Shown here in pieces: positions 39,930 to 49,661 of a stretch of DNA of 64,000 nucleotides (positions within the stretch are counted from its first letter, which is position 1; every line of letters starts with the position of its first letter). Under the pieces are notes generated by a model. That model was not told the DNA's origin. It saw nothing but the letters and a program-made list of their open reading frames with translations, and did not search any database. The translations under genes and the position numbers were made by a program. This DNA comes from Hydrogenophaga sp. Its GTDB lineage: Bacteria; Pseudomonadota; Gammaproteobacteria; Burkholderiales; Burkholderiaceae_C. The stretch lies in assembly GCA_018333605.1 (NCBI GenBank), contig JAGXSV010000023.1, positions 9,109 to 73,108 on the forward strand. The letters run 5' to 3'.

Positions 39930-41744
39930 ATGTCATTCGATTGCCCCCCCAGAAAACTCCGCGAGGCTGCTGAGGCATGGGACCTGCTTGCCCATGCTGC
40001 GCTAGCCCGCGTCAATGTCGGACTGTCCCCCGTCTCACTGGCGCGCGCCTGGACCGACTGGGTGCTCAATCTGGCTGTTTCTCCAGGCACCCAGGCCCGC
40101 CTGGCCACGGAGGCGCAGACACTCGGGTTGAAGTGGGTGAGCGAGTCGTTGCGTGCTGCTGCGCCTAACCTGTTGCCCGGGGTTTCGGCTGCCGATAGAC
40201 CCTACGCCGACGCCGATGCCGATGCCGGTGGATCACACAACGTGCCGCTGTCCCAAGATCCCCGCTTTGACGACCCAGCCTGGGGCTGTTGGCCTTGGAG
40301 CGCCATGGCCTCGGGCAATCAGGCTTGGGATCGCTGGTGGCAGAGCGCCGCCGAGTTGCGCGGCATGGAGCCGTACGCTCGCGAACAGGTGCGGTTCTTC
40401 GCCCGGCAATGGCTGGACATGGTCTCGCCGGGCAATTGCCTCCTGTCCAACCCTCAGGCACTGCGCAAGGCGGCAGACTCCCGGGGCCAGAGCCTGGTAA
40501 CGGGTATGGGTCATGCGGTGGATGCGTGGCGCCAGCGCCATGGGCTCGCACCGCTGCAATCGGGCAGTGAGGCGTTGGCTCCGGGGCAGGGCCTGGCCAT
40601 GACACCGGGGCAGGTGGTGTTCCGCAATCACCTGATCGAACTGATCCAGTACCAACCGGCCACTCCGCAGGTGTTTGCCGAGCCGGTGCTGATTGTTCCG
40701 TCCTGCATCATGAAGTACTACATCCTGGATTTGTCGCAGCACAACTCCATGGTGCGCTGGCTGGTGGCACAGGGGCACACCGTCTACATCGTGTCGTGGC
40801 GCAATCCGGGTGAGCAGGATGCCCGCCTGTCGCTTGACGACTACGTGCGGTTGGGCGTGCTGGATGCCCTGGACCATGTGCGTTCGACCACGCAACAGCC
40901 GGTGCACTTGGCCGGCTACTGCCTGGGAGGCACCTTCACCGCCATCGCGGCCGCAGCCCTCGCGTCACCCGAGGCCTCGGTCAGCTTACCGTCTCCCGTG
41001 GCCAGCCTGACGCTGATGGCCGCCGAAACCGATTTCTCCGAACCGGGAGAAATGGGGGCGCTGATCGATACAGCCCAGGTGGAGATGCTCGAAGCCATGA
41101 TGGCCGAGCAGGGTTTCCTGAGCGGGCGGCAGATGGCCGGCTCGTTCCAGTTCCTGCATTCACGCGAGCTGGTGTGGTCACAGCGCACCCGCTCGGTGCT
41201 GCTGGGAGAGCCGCCGTACAGCAGCGACCTGATCGTCTGGAACGCCGATGTGACACGCCTTCCAGCGGTGATGCACAGTCAGTATTTGCGCCACATGTAC
41301 TTGGGCAACGACCTGGCCGTGGGGCGCTACGCGTTCGAGGGGCAAGCGGTCTCGCTGCGAGACATCACCAGGCCCCTGTTCGCGGTGGGTACCGCCAAAG
41401 ACCATGTGTCGCCGTGGCGCTCGGTGTTCAAGATTCACCAGCTGGTCGACGCGGACGTGACCTTCGTGCTGACCAACGGTGGGCACAACGCGGGTATCGT
41501 GTCCGAACCCGGCCACCCCGGGCGAAACTACCAGATGAAGACCAGCGCCCAGGCTGATAGACAACCCACCCCCGACGAATGGATGGCCACGGCCGCGCAC
41601 CACCAGGGCAGTTGGTGGACCGCTTGGAGCGGCTGGATGCAAGAGCACGGCAGCGGCGAGAGGGTTGATGCGCGTCAGCCGCCCGCCGATTCCGCGCTGG
41701 GTGCGGCGCCAGGCCGCTGCGTGCTGCTGCGGCACGGTGACTGA
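39930..41744 (+). CDS. phaC: Polyhydroxyalkanoate synthase (class I-like)
   Basis: TPGQVVFRN, KYYILDL, lipase box GYCLGG, DHVSPW, GGHNAG. Confidence 0.9.
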   Translation: MSFDCPPRKLREAAEAWDLLAHAALARVNVGLSPVSLARAWTDWVLNLAVSPGTQARLATEAQTLGLKWVSESLRAAAPNLLPGVSAADRPYADADADAGGSHNVPLSQDPRFDDPAWGCWPWSAMASGNQAWDRWWQSAAELRGMEPYAREQVRFFARQWLDMVSPGNCLLSNPQALRKAADSRGQSLVTGMGHAVDAWRQRHGLAPLQSGSEALAPGQGLAMTPGQVVFRNHLIELIQYQPATPQVFAEPVLIVPSCIMKYYILDLSQHNSMVRWLVAQGHTVYIVSWRNPGEQDARLSLDDYVRLGVLDALDHVRSTTQQPVHLAGYCLGGTFTAIAAAALASPEASVSLPSPVASLTLMAAETDFSEPGEMGALIDTAQVEMLEAMMAEQGFLSGRQMAGSFQFLHSRELVWSQRTRSVLLGEPPYSSDLIVWNADVTRLPAVMHSQYLRHMYLGNDLAVGRYAFEGQAVSLRDITRPLFAVGTAKDHVSPWRSVFKIHQLVDADVTFVLTNGGHNAGIVSEPGHPGRNYQMKTSAQADRQPTPDEWMATAAHHQGSWWTAWSGWMQEHGSGERVDARQPPADSALGAAPGRCVLLRHGD

Positions 41745-42942
41745 GCCGGATTCCACCGTGGCCGCCCACTCCCTGCTTCTCACGTTGAACGCAGGTTCGT
41801 CCTCGGTGAAGTTCGCGGTCTATGCGACCACCGATGGGCTGCCGCTGCTGGCCGCCGGACAGGTTGAAGGCCTGGGCACCTGCACCACGTTTTCGGTCAC
41901 ATCCGCCGGGGCGAGTCGGTCCGATCACAGCGTCCAGCTGGGTCATGGTGTTGCAGGCCATGCGGAGGCGGTTCACGTCATCCTGCGGTGGCTGGAGCAG
42001 GCCCACGCCGGCATCCGTGTGGCGGTGGTGAGTCACCGGGTGGTGCATGGCGGTATCGACCATCGGGTTCCCGTGCTGATCGACGATGCACTGGTCGCCG
42101 ATCTGGAGCGCCTCGTGCCGCTTGCCCCCCTGCACCAGCCGCACAACCTCGCGGGCATACGGGCCGCCCGGATGGCGTTCCCCGTTGCGCCGCAGATCGC
42201 CTGCTTCGACACCTCTTTTCACCGCAACCATTCTTTTGTGGCTGATACCTTTGCACTGCCGCGCAGTTTCTACGACGAAGGTGTCCGGCGCTACGGCTTT
42301 CACGGCTTGTCCTACGAGTTCATGGCGCGTCGCCTGCGCGCCTACGATCCGGTACTCGCCCACGGTCGCGTCATCGTCGCGCACCTGGGCAACGGTGCGT
42401 CCATGTGCGCCATGCGCGAAGGCCGCTCGGTGGCGTCAACCATGGGGTTCTCGGCACTCGATGGACTGCCCATGGGTACGCGTTGCGGTCAGCTGGATCC
42501 GGGCGTGGTGCTGTACCTGATGACGGAAAAAGGCATGGATGCGGCGGCTATCGCCCAACTGCTGTACCAGCAGGCGGGTCTCAAGGGCATGTCCGGCCTG
42601 TCGCACGACGTTCGTGAGTTGCAGAGCTCGGACAGCCCTGCCGCGCGGGATGCGCTGGCGTATTTTGCGTATCGCGGGCGGCGCGAGATCGGGGGGCTGG
42701 CCGCCAGCCTGGGCGGACTCGATGCCCTGGTGCTCACCGGTGGCATCGGGGAAAACGCCGCAGCGGTGCGCGCAGCGATGCTGGGTGGCATGGACTGGAT
42801 GGGCATTCAGATCGACCCCGAGGCGAATCAGCACAATGCCACCGTCATCAGCCTTCCCGCGTCACGCGTCACCGTCGTGGTCTTCCGGACCGACGAAGAG
42901 CGGATGCTCGCCGAACACGCCGCCGAGTTGGTGGGCCTGTGA
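41737..42942 (+). CDS. ackA: Acetate/propionate kinase
   Basis: LNAGSSSVKF, HRVVHGG, FDTSFH, YGFHGLSY, HLGNGAS, TGGIGEN. Confidence 0.94.
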   Translation: MTEPDSTVAAHSLLLTLNAGSSSVKFAVYATTDGLPLLAAGQVEGLGTCTTFSVTSAGASRSDHSVQLGHGVAGHAEAVHVILRWLEQAHAGIRVAVVSHRVVHGGIDHRVPVLIDDALVADLERLVPLAPLHQPHNLAGIRAARMAFPVAPQIACFDTSFHRNHSFVADTFALPRSFYDEGVRRYGFHGLSYEFMARRLRAYDPVLAHGRVIVAHLGNGASMCAMREGRSVASTMGFSALDGLPMGTRCGQLDPGVVLYLMTEKGMDAAAIAQLLYQQAGLKGMSGLSHDVRELQSSDSPAARDALAYFAYRGRREIGGLAASLGGLDALVLTGGIGENAAAVRAAMLGGMDWMGIQIDPEANQHNATVISLPASRVTVVVFRTDEERMLAEHAAELVGL

Positions 42943-42988
42943 AGTCCCGCTGCCCGCCAGTTTGACCACCAATGCGCAAGGACCCGCC

Positions 42989-43816
42989 ATGTTCACCGAC
43001 CCGAGCTCCCTCGATCCCTTGCCCAAGGTCTGGGACGAAAACACCCGTATCGGCGATATGCTCAAAGGCAAGCGGGGCCTCGTGGTGGGCGTGGCCAATG
43101 CCGATAGCATTGCCTTTGGCTGCGCGGCCAAGCTGCGAGCCTTCGGTGCCGAGATTGCGCTGACCTACCTCAACGACAAGGCCAGGCCCCATGTCGAGCC
43201 CCTGGCACGACAGATCGATGCGACCTTGGTGCTGCCGCTGGACGTCACGCAACCCGGGCAGATGAAGGCCGTGTTCGAGCAGATCCAGGTGGCCTGGGGC
43301 CGTATCGATTTCGTCATCCACTCCATCGCGTTCGCGCCCAAGGACGACTTGCACGGCCGCATCCTGGACTGCTCAAAGGCGGGATTCCTGCAGGCCATGC
43401 AGGTGTCCTGCCACTCCTTCATCGAGATGGCCCACTGCGCTGAAAGCCTCATGAACCCGGGTGGTGTGCTGATCACCATGAGCTACCACGGCGCGGACAA
43501 GGTGGTGCACAACTACAACCTGATGGGCCCGGTCAAGGCCGCGTTGCAATCGGCCGTGCGCTACATGGCCGAGGAACTGGGTGAGCGCGGCATCCGCGTT
43601 TATGCCGTCTCACCGGGTCCGCTGCGCACACGGGCCGCTTCGGGTATTGCGCATTTCGACGAGATGATCGACATGGCGGTCACCCGGTCACCCGGTCATC
43701 GCCTGGTGGACATTGGCGAGGTGGGTCGCGCGGTGGCTTTTCTGGTGGGGGGTGGGGCCTCTGGCATGACCGGCGATGTGATCTACGTCGACGCCGGCCT
43801 GCACAACATGGCTTGA
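42989..43816 (+). CDS. fabI: Enoyl-ACP reductase
   Basis: GVANADSIAFG, HSIAFAP, YNLMGPVK, SPGPLRTRAASGI. Confidence 0.92.
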   Translation: MFTDPSSLDPLPKVWDENTRIGDMLKGKRGLVVGVANADSIAFGCAAKLRAFGAEIALTYLNDKARPHVEPLARQIDATLVLPLDVTQPGQMKAVFEQIQVAWGRIDFVIHSIAFAPKDDLHGRILDCSKAGFLQAMQVSCHSFIEMAHCAESLMNPGGVLITMSYHGADKVVHNYNLMGPVKAALQSAVRYMAEELGERGIRVYAVSPGPLRTRAASGIAHFDEMIDMAVTRSPGHRLVDIGEVGRAVAFLVGGGASGMTGDVIYVDAGLHNMA

Positions 43817-43971
43817 ACCCAGCAACGGCAGTTGACCGCGCTGTATCCGTTGGAGATACCTGTCCAACGGCCGTTTCCAGGTTGAATTCAATTCCCCCTG
43901 CAGCGTTTCGACCTACCCTCGTGGTGGGGCCGCTTCAGGGGGCGCGGTTCGTGCTCCGATGCGGCACCGGT

Positions 43972-45369
43972 TCACTGTGCACAGGCGCGGTGCGCCACCA
44001 ACTGAGCCAGCAGGGCCGACGAGGCGCGCGCCCGAGGGCCGTCGGCGCGGCTTGTCAGCGCGATCGGCACGCGGGCACCAAGCACGATGCCCGAGCTGGT
44101 CGCACCGGCCAAGTATTCGAGTTGCTTGGCCAGCATGTTGCCGCTCTCCAGATCGGGTACGGCCAGTATGTCGGCCTGGCCCGCCACTGGCGACTCGATT
44201 TTTTTGATCAGTGCCGCCTCGGCGGAAATGGCGTTGTCAAAAGCCAGCGGGCCGTCCAGCAGGCCACCCCGGATCTGGCCGCGGTCGGCCATCTTGCACA
44301 GCGCCGCTGCGTCCAGTGTGGACGGCATGTTGCTGCTCACGTTTTCGACCGCCGACAGCAGGGCTACCCGCGGCAGATCCACGCCCAGCACGCGTGCGAA
44401 ATCGATGGCATTCTGCACGATGTCCGCCTTGGCCTCCAGCGTCGGGCGGATGTTGAGCGCGGCGTCGGTGATCAGCAGCGGTTTGCTGTAGAGCGGCACA
44501 TCAAAACGGAACACGTGCGACATCTGCCGCCCGGTTCGCAGCTCCTTGCGCGCCAACACCGCATGGATCAGCTCATTGGTGTGCAAGCTACCCTTCATCA
44601 GGCTCTGTACCTGGCCTGCGGCCGCCATGTCTGCGGCGTGCTCGGCGGCTGCGTGGCTGTGTGGCGTGTTCACGATCTCCATGCCGCTCAGATCCAGGTC
44701 GAATGTTTCTGCGAGTGCGCGTATGCGCGCCTCGGGACCGATCAGCACCGGAACCAGCAGTCCATAGTGAGCGGCGTCCAGCGCACCCCTGAGCGAACCC
44801 TCGTCACACGGGTGCACCACGGCGCAGCGCACCGCGGGCAGGGTCCGGACCATGGCGAGCAGGTCGTTGAACCGGGCCTCGGGATCAAATACCTGTATCT
44901 GCGGCACGCTACTCCGGGGGATGCGGACCTTGTGCGGCGGCGCGAGCACCCGAGCAACGCCGCTCACCACCTGTTCGCCATTCTGGTTGACCGCTTCACA
45001 GGCCAGTTCAACGATTTGTTGGCGATGGTTCTTGGCGGTGACGGTGGCGGATACCGTTAGCGTGTCGCCGATGCGAACCGGGCGCGAAAAGTGCAAGGCC
45101 TGGTCCAGGTAGATGGTGCCGGTGCCCGGGAATTGCGTTCCCAGCAGCGCCGAAATCAGCGCGCCACTCCACATTCCGTGGCCAATCACGCCGTGGAACA
45201 AGGTGTCGTTGGCGTATTCGGCGTTCAGGTGTGCCGGGTTGGTGTCCCCGGAAACCGCCGCGAAGGCCTGAATGTCCTGCGGTGTCAGGGTGCGCAGCAG
45301 ACGAGCGCTCTGGCCAATCTGCAACTCCTCAAAGGTGTGGTTCTCGACAAAGTCATCGAAAATGTTCAT
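43972..45369 (-). CDS. Bifunctional MaoC-type enoyl-CoA hydratase / phosphate acyltransferase
   Basis: SGDTNPAH hot-dog motif; LMKGSLHT, DGPLAFDNAI and PDLESGNM Pta/Ptb motifs. Confidence 0.92.
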   Translation of the reverse strand: MNIFDDFVENHTFEELQIGQSARLLRTLTPQDIQAFAAVSGDTNPAHLNAEYANDTLFHGVIGHGMWSGALISALLGTQFPGTGTIYLDQALHFSRPVRIGDTLTVSATVTAKNHRQQIVELACEAVNQNGEQVVSGVARVLAPPHKVRIPRSSVPQIQVFDPEARFNDLLAMVRTLPAVRCAVVHPCDEGSLRGALDAAHYGLLVPVLIGPEARIRALAETFDLDLSGMEIVNTPHSHAAAEHAADMAAAGQVQSLMKGSLHTNELIHAVLARKELRTGRQMSHVFRFDVPLYSKPLLITDAALNIRPTLEAKADIVQNAIDFARVLGVDLPRVALLSAVENVSSNMPSTLDAAALCKMADRGQIRGGLLDGPLAFDNAISAEAALIKKIESPVAGQADILAVPDLESGNMLAKQLEYLAGATSSGIVLGARVPIALTSRADGPRARASSALLAQLVAHRACAQ

Positions 45370-45421
45370 GGCGACCGATCTCGATAATGGGGTTGGGTTG
45401 CGGGTCGAGGCTGCGGTTGTT

Positions 45422-47074
45422 TCAGGCTGGGTGTTGATGTTTTTCCGGCTTGTGATGCGACCGCTTCGCCGCCGTGCGCAGCGAGCGCAGCCGCGCCAGC
45501 AAGGCATCATCGGTCACGCTCACGGTGTCCACCTGACCCGCGTACACCAGGCCTTCGTTGCCATCCAGCGTGATCAGATCGCCCTCGGCGAACGTGCGGT
45601 CTTCGATCCGCACGCTTCGGCGGGCCTCGTCGATCTGCAAGGCGCTGCATGCGACAAGGCAGACTTTGTCCATCTGCCGCGCCACCACCGCTGCATGCGA
45701 GGTGCGCGCGCCGCGCTGAGTCAGCAAGCCGGCGGCGGCGTCCAGGGCCGCAATGTCGCTGGTTTGGGCATCCTGGCGGACCAGCACCACCGCCACTCCG
45801 GCGGCGGTGCGTTCCAGCGCACGCTGGGCGTCCAGTGCAATTTCGCCACTGACCACGCCGTTGCAGGCCGACATGGCCTGCGCCAGTGGCGTGGCCGTGT
45901 CGGCGCCGGGCTTGTGAGGGTTTTGCGTCACCAGCCGCAACGTGGACAGGTCGCTGTCCTGCAGCGCGCGGGTGCGCTCCAGCGCGGTTTCGGCATCGAT
46001 CAAACCTTCGTCCAGCAGGTCCAGCGCGATACGGGCCGTCGCCAGCGGGGTGCGCTTGCCTGAGCGCGTCTGCAGCATGTAGAGCGCGCCGTCCTGCACC
46101 GTGAACTCGAAGTCCTGCATGTCCTGAAACGTCTGCTCCAGCTGAAGGGCGGTGGCCTGCAGTTCGTTCCACGCATCGGGCGCGGTCTGGGCCAGCACCT
46201 CATGTCCGTGCGCATTGCGCTGACCCGCAACCACGTCCTCACCTTGGGCATTGGCCAGGAAGTCGACCCAGATCGCGTTGCCGCCGCTGATGGGGTCGCG
46301 CGTGAAGCCCACGCCCGCGCCCGAGTGGCAGCCCGAGTTGCCGAACACCATGCGCTGGATGGTCACTGCGGTGCCCATGGCCTCGTCGATCCCGTGCAGT
46401 TCGCGGTAGGTCCTGGCCTTGGGCAATTGCCAGGATTCAAACACCGCCTGTACCGCGCCGCCGAGTTGGGTGCGAACATCCTGCGGAAATGGTGCGCCGG
46501 CGTGCTCCAGGTAAAGGGCCAGAAAGCGCTGACTCAGGTCGCGCAGCTCGCTGAAGTCCAGCAACCGTTCGTCCTTCCCCTGCGTACACCGGCTGATCTC
46601 GTTTTCGAACAAGGCACCTGGCAGGCCCGCCACGACCTCGCCGTAGGTGGCGATCAGGCGCCGGTAAGCATCCCACACCAGGCGCGGGTTGCCGGTCTGG
46701 CGCAACAGGCCGGGCAGCGTGGCCTCGCACAGGCCCACGTTGAGCAGCGTCTCCATCATGCCGGGCATGGACACCGGTGCACCTGAACGCACCGAGACGA
46801 TCAGTGGCTGGCGCGGATCGCCAAACTGCATGCCGGTGGCCGACTCCAGGGCCGGCAGACCGACACTGAACAGTGGCAGCATGCAGTCTTCGGGCGAGCG
46901 CGTGAAGTGCGTGCCGATCACCAGCGCGGGCGGCACCGGCAGGCCGATGGCGGCCATGCGCAACAGGTTGTGCGCCTTGGATCCCATGTTCTCGCGTGTG
47001 GGCTTGTGGTGCGGCGGGGTCTGGCCGCTCGCGACCAGGTAGAAATGTTTGGGCCAGTGGTGTGTGTCTTTCAT
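45422..47074 (-). CDS. PPDK-like protein with nucleotide-binding and phospho-His domains only (no PEP/pyruvate domain)
   Basis: VSVRSGAPVSMPGMMETLLN, QRMVFGN, NAQGEDVV, DFEFT, LQTRSGKRT, GARTSHAAVVAR, TLDG. The protein ends about 40 aa after the swivel domain. Confidence 0.85.
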   Translation of the reverse strand: MKDTHHWPKHFYLVASGQTPPHHKPTRENMGSKAHNLLRMAAIGLPVPPALVIGTHFTRSPEDCMLPLFSVGLPALESATGMQFGDPRQPLIVSVRSGAPVSMPGMMETLLNVGLCEATLPGLLRQTGNPRLVWDAYRRLIATYGEVVAGLPGALFENEISRCTQGKDERLLDFSELRDLSQRFLALYLEHAGAPFPQDVRTQLGGAVQAVFESWQLPKARTYRELHGIDEAMGTAVTIQRMVFGNSGCHSGAGVGFTRDPISGGNAIWVDFLANAQGEDVVAGQRNAHGHEVLAQTAPDAWNELQATALQLEQTFQDMQDFEFTVQDGALYMLQTRSGKRTPLATARIALDLLDEGLIDAETALERTRALQDSDLSTLRLVTQNPHKPGADTATPLAQAMSACNGVVSGEIALDAQRALERTAAGVAVVLVRQDAQTSDIAALDAAAGLLTQRGARTSHAAVVARQMDKVCLVACSALQIDEARRSVRIEDRTFAEGDLITLDGNEGLVYAGQVDTVSVTDDALLARLRSLRTAAKRSHHKPEKHQHPA

Positions 47075-49011
47075 GCGGACATTCCCGATTTGTTGAAGAC
47101 CAGCTTGCGCAGCGCATAGCCGGCCGTGAGCAGACTGTCGGTCGCGTTCTCGATGGTGGCGGCGAGCTCGGTGGCGAGTAAAAAAACCACCGGGGTTGCG
47201 TGCAAGGTCTGCACGATGCGGGCGCGCGCTGTGCGCAACAGGTCGTCACAGATGCGCTCGGCGCGGAGCATGCGCCAGAGTGCCTGCAGAAAGGCCTCGC
47301 TGTCGGCGGGCTCGGTGTGCTCGCTCATGTGGCGCGCGATTTCAATCGCCTTGATCTGATCCTGGATCGCGGCCAACGTGGTGTCGGCCAGTTCACCCAG
47401 CACCGCACTCACGGTCGGTGGCAGACCGGCCAGGGGCGGAGCCTGCATCATGCTGTGGATGAAGGTGGCTTCCTCCAGCGCATCGGCAATGTCGTCCATG
47501 TTGTCGAGCAGGTGCACCATCGGAAGCCAGCGAGGCTGGCGCTCGGCCCGGCGCCGCGCTTCGATGAGCAGATGGTCTGCCTTGCGCTCCCAGTTCTTTG
47601 CGCGTTGCACACCGTCGGCCGTCGTGGTGGCGAACTCCAGCGCCTCGCTCAAGGCAAGTGCAAGCGCGTGGCAAAAGGCCGCATGCTCGGCCAGCAGGTC
47701 GAACTCAAACGTGCGGCGCTGCAGCACGCGCGCCAGCAACAGTCGGGCCTCGTCGGCGATCAGCGCCATTGGTTGCTGTTCGCGCAGTTTCACGCTGGCC
47801 ACGCGCAGCAGGTCCTGCAGAAAGGCTTGCGCTGCGGCTTCGCCCAGCACCTGGTCCAGCCGGTCGCCGATGCGAAAGGCATCGCCGTCCACCGCCTGCA
47901 TGGCTTCGTAAATGAGCTGATCGCCGCCGGCCAGTAGCCAGGCCATATGGCCCAGATCGTGGTCGGCCGCAAAACGCAGCACGGCCACGGCCACAGGTTT
48001 GCGCACAAAGGCCTGGAGCCGCTTGCGGGCGCGGTTCCAGTCGATCACGAAGACGATGCGCGAGGCCACTGCCTCCAGCGCATCCTGCAAGGCTGCGTCG
48101 TCGGCGGCCGAATAAACCGCATTGCCCACCTGATACGGCTTGCCTTGGTTCATCCCCTCCGTCGTGCGTGGATCGAACACCGTCCACTCGAAACCGATGC
48201 CCTCCAGCATCTGCTGGAAGAAGCCGAACCGTGCGACGTGCAGGTCCGAATAGGTGAGGTGGATCGTGCGCCGCTCCACTTCGATCACCAGCACATGCGC
48301 GTCGTTGGTGCCAATGTCGTTTTGAATCAGCAGGCGCTGGCCATCCCGGGTCACAGCGGTGTCCAGGCCCGGGTGGTTGAACTTCAGCGCAGCGGTCCGC
48401 GACAGTCCCCGCATGAAGGCGCGAATCAGTGGCCGGTCAGCGTCCTCCACCTGCCAGACGTGTGCGCCATCCACGTCTTCCGTGGCCACCGCCACGGCCA
48501 CGGTGTTGAGTTGTTTGTGCAGGTCCATCACCAGCAGGTGAAAGCTGTCGCTGCCATGTCGGTTACCGTGCGTCAGGTCGTTCAGTGCCTGAGGGCTCAG
48601 ACCTTCCTCATCGTTGAGTTCGTCGATTCTCTGTAGCCAGAGGTCGCGCCGGGCGGCGAGTGCGGCATTCCGGTGCTCCGCGATGTCACACAGTGGCCGG
48701 GCCATGATGCTGAGGTCGGCGGCGAGAGCTTCCAGCCAGAGCGAAAGCTCGGGCACGATCAGCGTCTGGTCCTGAAGGTAGGCTGTCGTGGCCACCTCCT
48801 TGAGCCAGGTGGCGTCGCGCAGGCCCAGGTGGGCGATTTCGCGCGCCCAATCGGGCGAATTGGCCGCAGGGTTGGCAGCGCGCTGGGCCGCCGATTGCAG
48901 TACCGACAGGTAGAGCTTGAGGCGGTCGTTGGCCTGCAGGGCGGCCTTGATCCAGGCGGGCAGCAGCAAGCTTGACTGGCCGAGCGAGGCCACGGCACTT
49001 TCTTTTTCCAC
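47071..49011 (-). CDS. Large protein with C-terminal PhoU/DUF47-like helical domain (putative phosphate transport regulator)
   Basis: WERKADHL, DDIADALEEA, ERICDDL and IENATD are PhoU/DUF47-type ExxxD motifs. GTG start; stop overlaps the start of the PPDK-like gene. Confidence 0.72.
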   Translation of the reverse strand: MEKESAVASLGQSSLLLPAWIKAALQANDRLKLYLSVLQSAAQRAANPAANSPDWAREIAHLGLRDATWLKEVATTAYLQDQTLIVPELSLWLEALAADLSIMARPLCDIAEHRNAALAARRDLWLQRIDELNDEEGLSPQALNDLTHGNRHGSDSFHLLVMDLHKQLNTVAVAVATEDVDGAHVWQVEDADRPLIRAFMRGLSRTAALKFNHPGLDTAVTRDGQRLLIQNDIGTNDAHVLVIEVERRTIHLTYSDLHVARFGFFQQMLEGIGFEWTVFDPRTTEGMNQGKPYQVGNAVYSAADDAALQDALEAVASRIVFVIDWNRARKRLQAFVRKPVAVAVLRFAADHDLGHMAWLLAGGDQLIYEAMQAVDGDAFRIGDRLDQVLGEAAAQAFLQDLLRVASVKLREQQPMALIADEARLLLARVLQRRTFEFDLLAEHAAFCHALALALSEALEFATTTADGVQRAKNWERKADHLLIEARRRAERQPRWLPMVHLLDNMDDIADALEEATFIHSMMQAPPLAGLPPTVSAVLGELADTTLAAIQDQIKAIEIARHMSEHTEPADSEAFLQALWRMLRAERICDDLLRTARARIVQTLHATPVVFLLATELAATIENATDSLLTAGYALRKLVFNKSGMSA

Positions 49012-49057
49012 GTATTCCCCCGTGTGAGTTGATAACCCATGATCATCAAGACCAGAT

Positions 49058-49074
49058 GTGGCGACACGGTGACA
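49058..49074 (-). promoter_or_regulatory. Pho-box-like repeat upstream of the PhoU-like/PPDK-like/MaoC-Pta operon
   Basis: On the minus strand, TGTCAC and CGCCAC are 11 bp apart. Confidence 0.4.
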
Positions 49075-49143
49075 AACGCTGTATCGAGATGTTGAGAAAC
49101 CCTGAGGATTGATGCGGGATGGGTGCCGTCACCGCCATTCAAA

Positions 49144-49160
49144 TGTCATTTAATTGTCAT
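49144..49160 (+). promoter_or_regulatory. Pho box
   Basis: TGTCAT-ttaat-TGTCAT: exact 11-bp period with an AT-rich spacer. Confidence 0.7.
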
Positions 49161-49262
49161 AAAAAATCCTGGCCGGGTCGGTATGCTCGAGAACCGCTGC
49201 TGAGCAGCTGAGCTGCTGGTGCCGTTAAGTCCGCCACTTACTTGATGTCAAAAGGAAGCACG

Positions 49263-49553
49263 ATGCAAGCTCTGAAAGACGCCCGAAAGCTGATTGAGCG
49301 TCGGCCCGACAGCGAGGCAGCACGGACATTCGCGGCCTTGGTGATGGCTCTGGAGTCCGAAGATGTTTACCCGTTGGTCGATTTGTACCTGCTGGATTAC
49401 GACGACTTTGGCCTTGCTTTGGCGTTGCTGGCCGAATGGCGGTTGGACCGGTACTACACCAAGAAGGCGGTCTTGCTGGATTTATCTGCCCAGGTGGTTC
49501 AAAAGGCAGGGGAGTGCGCGGATCCCACGGCGCTTGCAGGTTCTGGATCCTGA
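49263..49553 (+). CDS. Small hypothetical protein
   Basis: RBS AAGGAAG; MQALKDARKLI...LYLLDYDDFGLAL..L.EWRLDRYY; directly downstream of the Pho box. Confidence 0.7.
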   Translation: MQALKDARKLIERRPDSEAARTFAALVMALESEDVYPLVDLYLLDYDDFGLALALLAEWRLDRYYTKKAVLLDLSAQVVQKAGECADPTALAGSGS

Positions 49554-49621
49554 GATCAAAGCGGCAGAGGGAAGTCCCTTTCGCACGTCGAGAGGCAGTG
49601 TCCTGGCGTAGGGAGAAATTT

Positions 49622-49640
49622 GGTATAAACGGTTTATACC
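49622..49640. promoter_or_regulatory. Perfect palindrome (putative operator)
   Basis: GGTATAAAC-G-GTTTATACC, 21 bp upstream of ATG 49662. Confidence 0.65.
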
Positions 49641-49661
49641 GTTAACCGAAAGGATCTCTCC

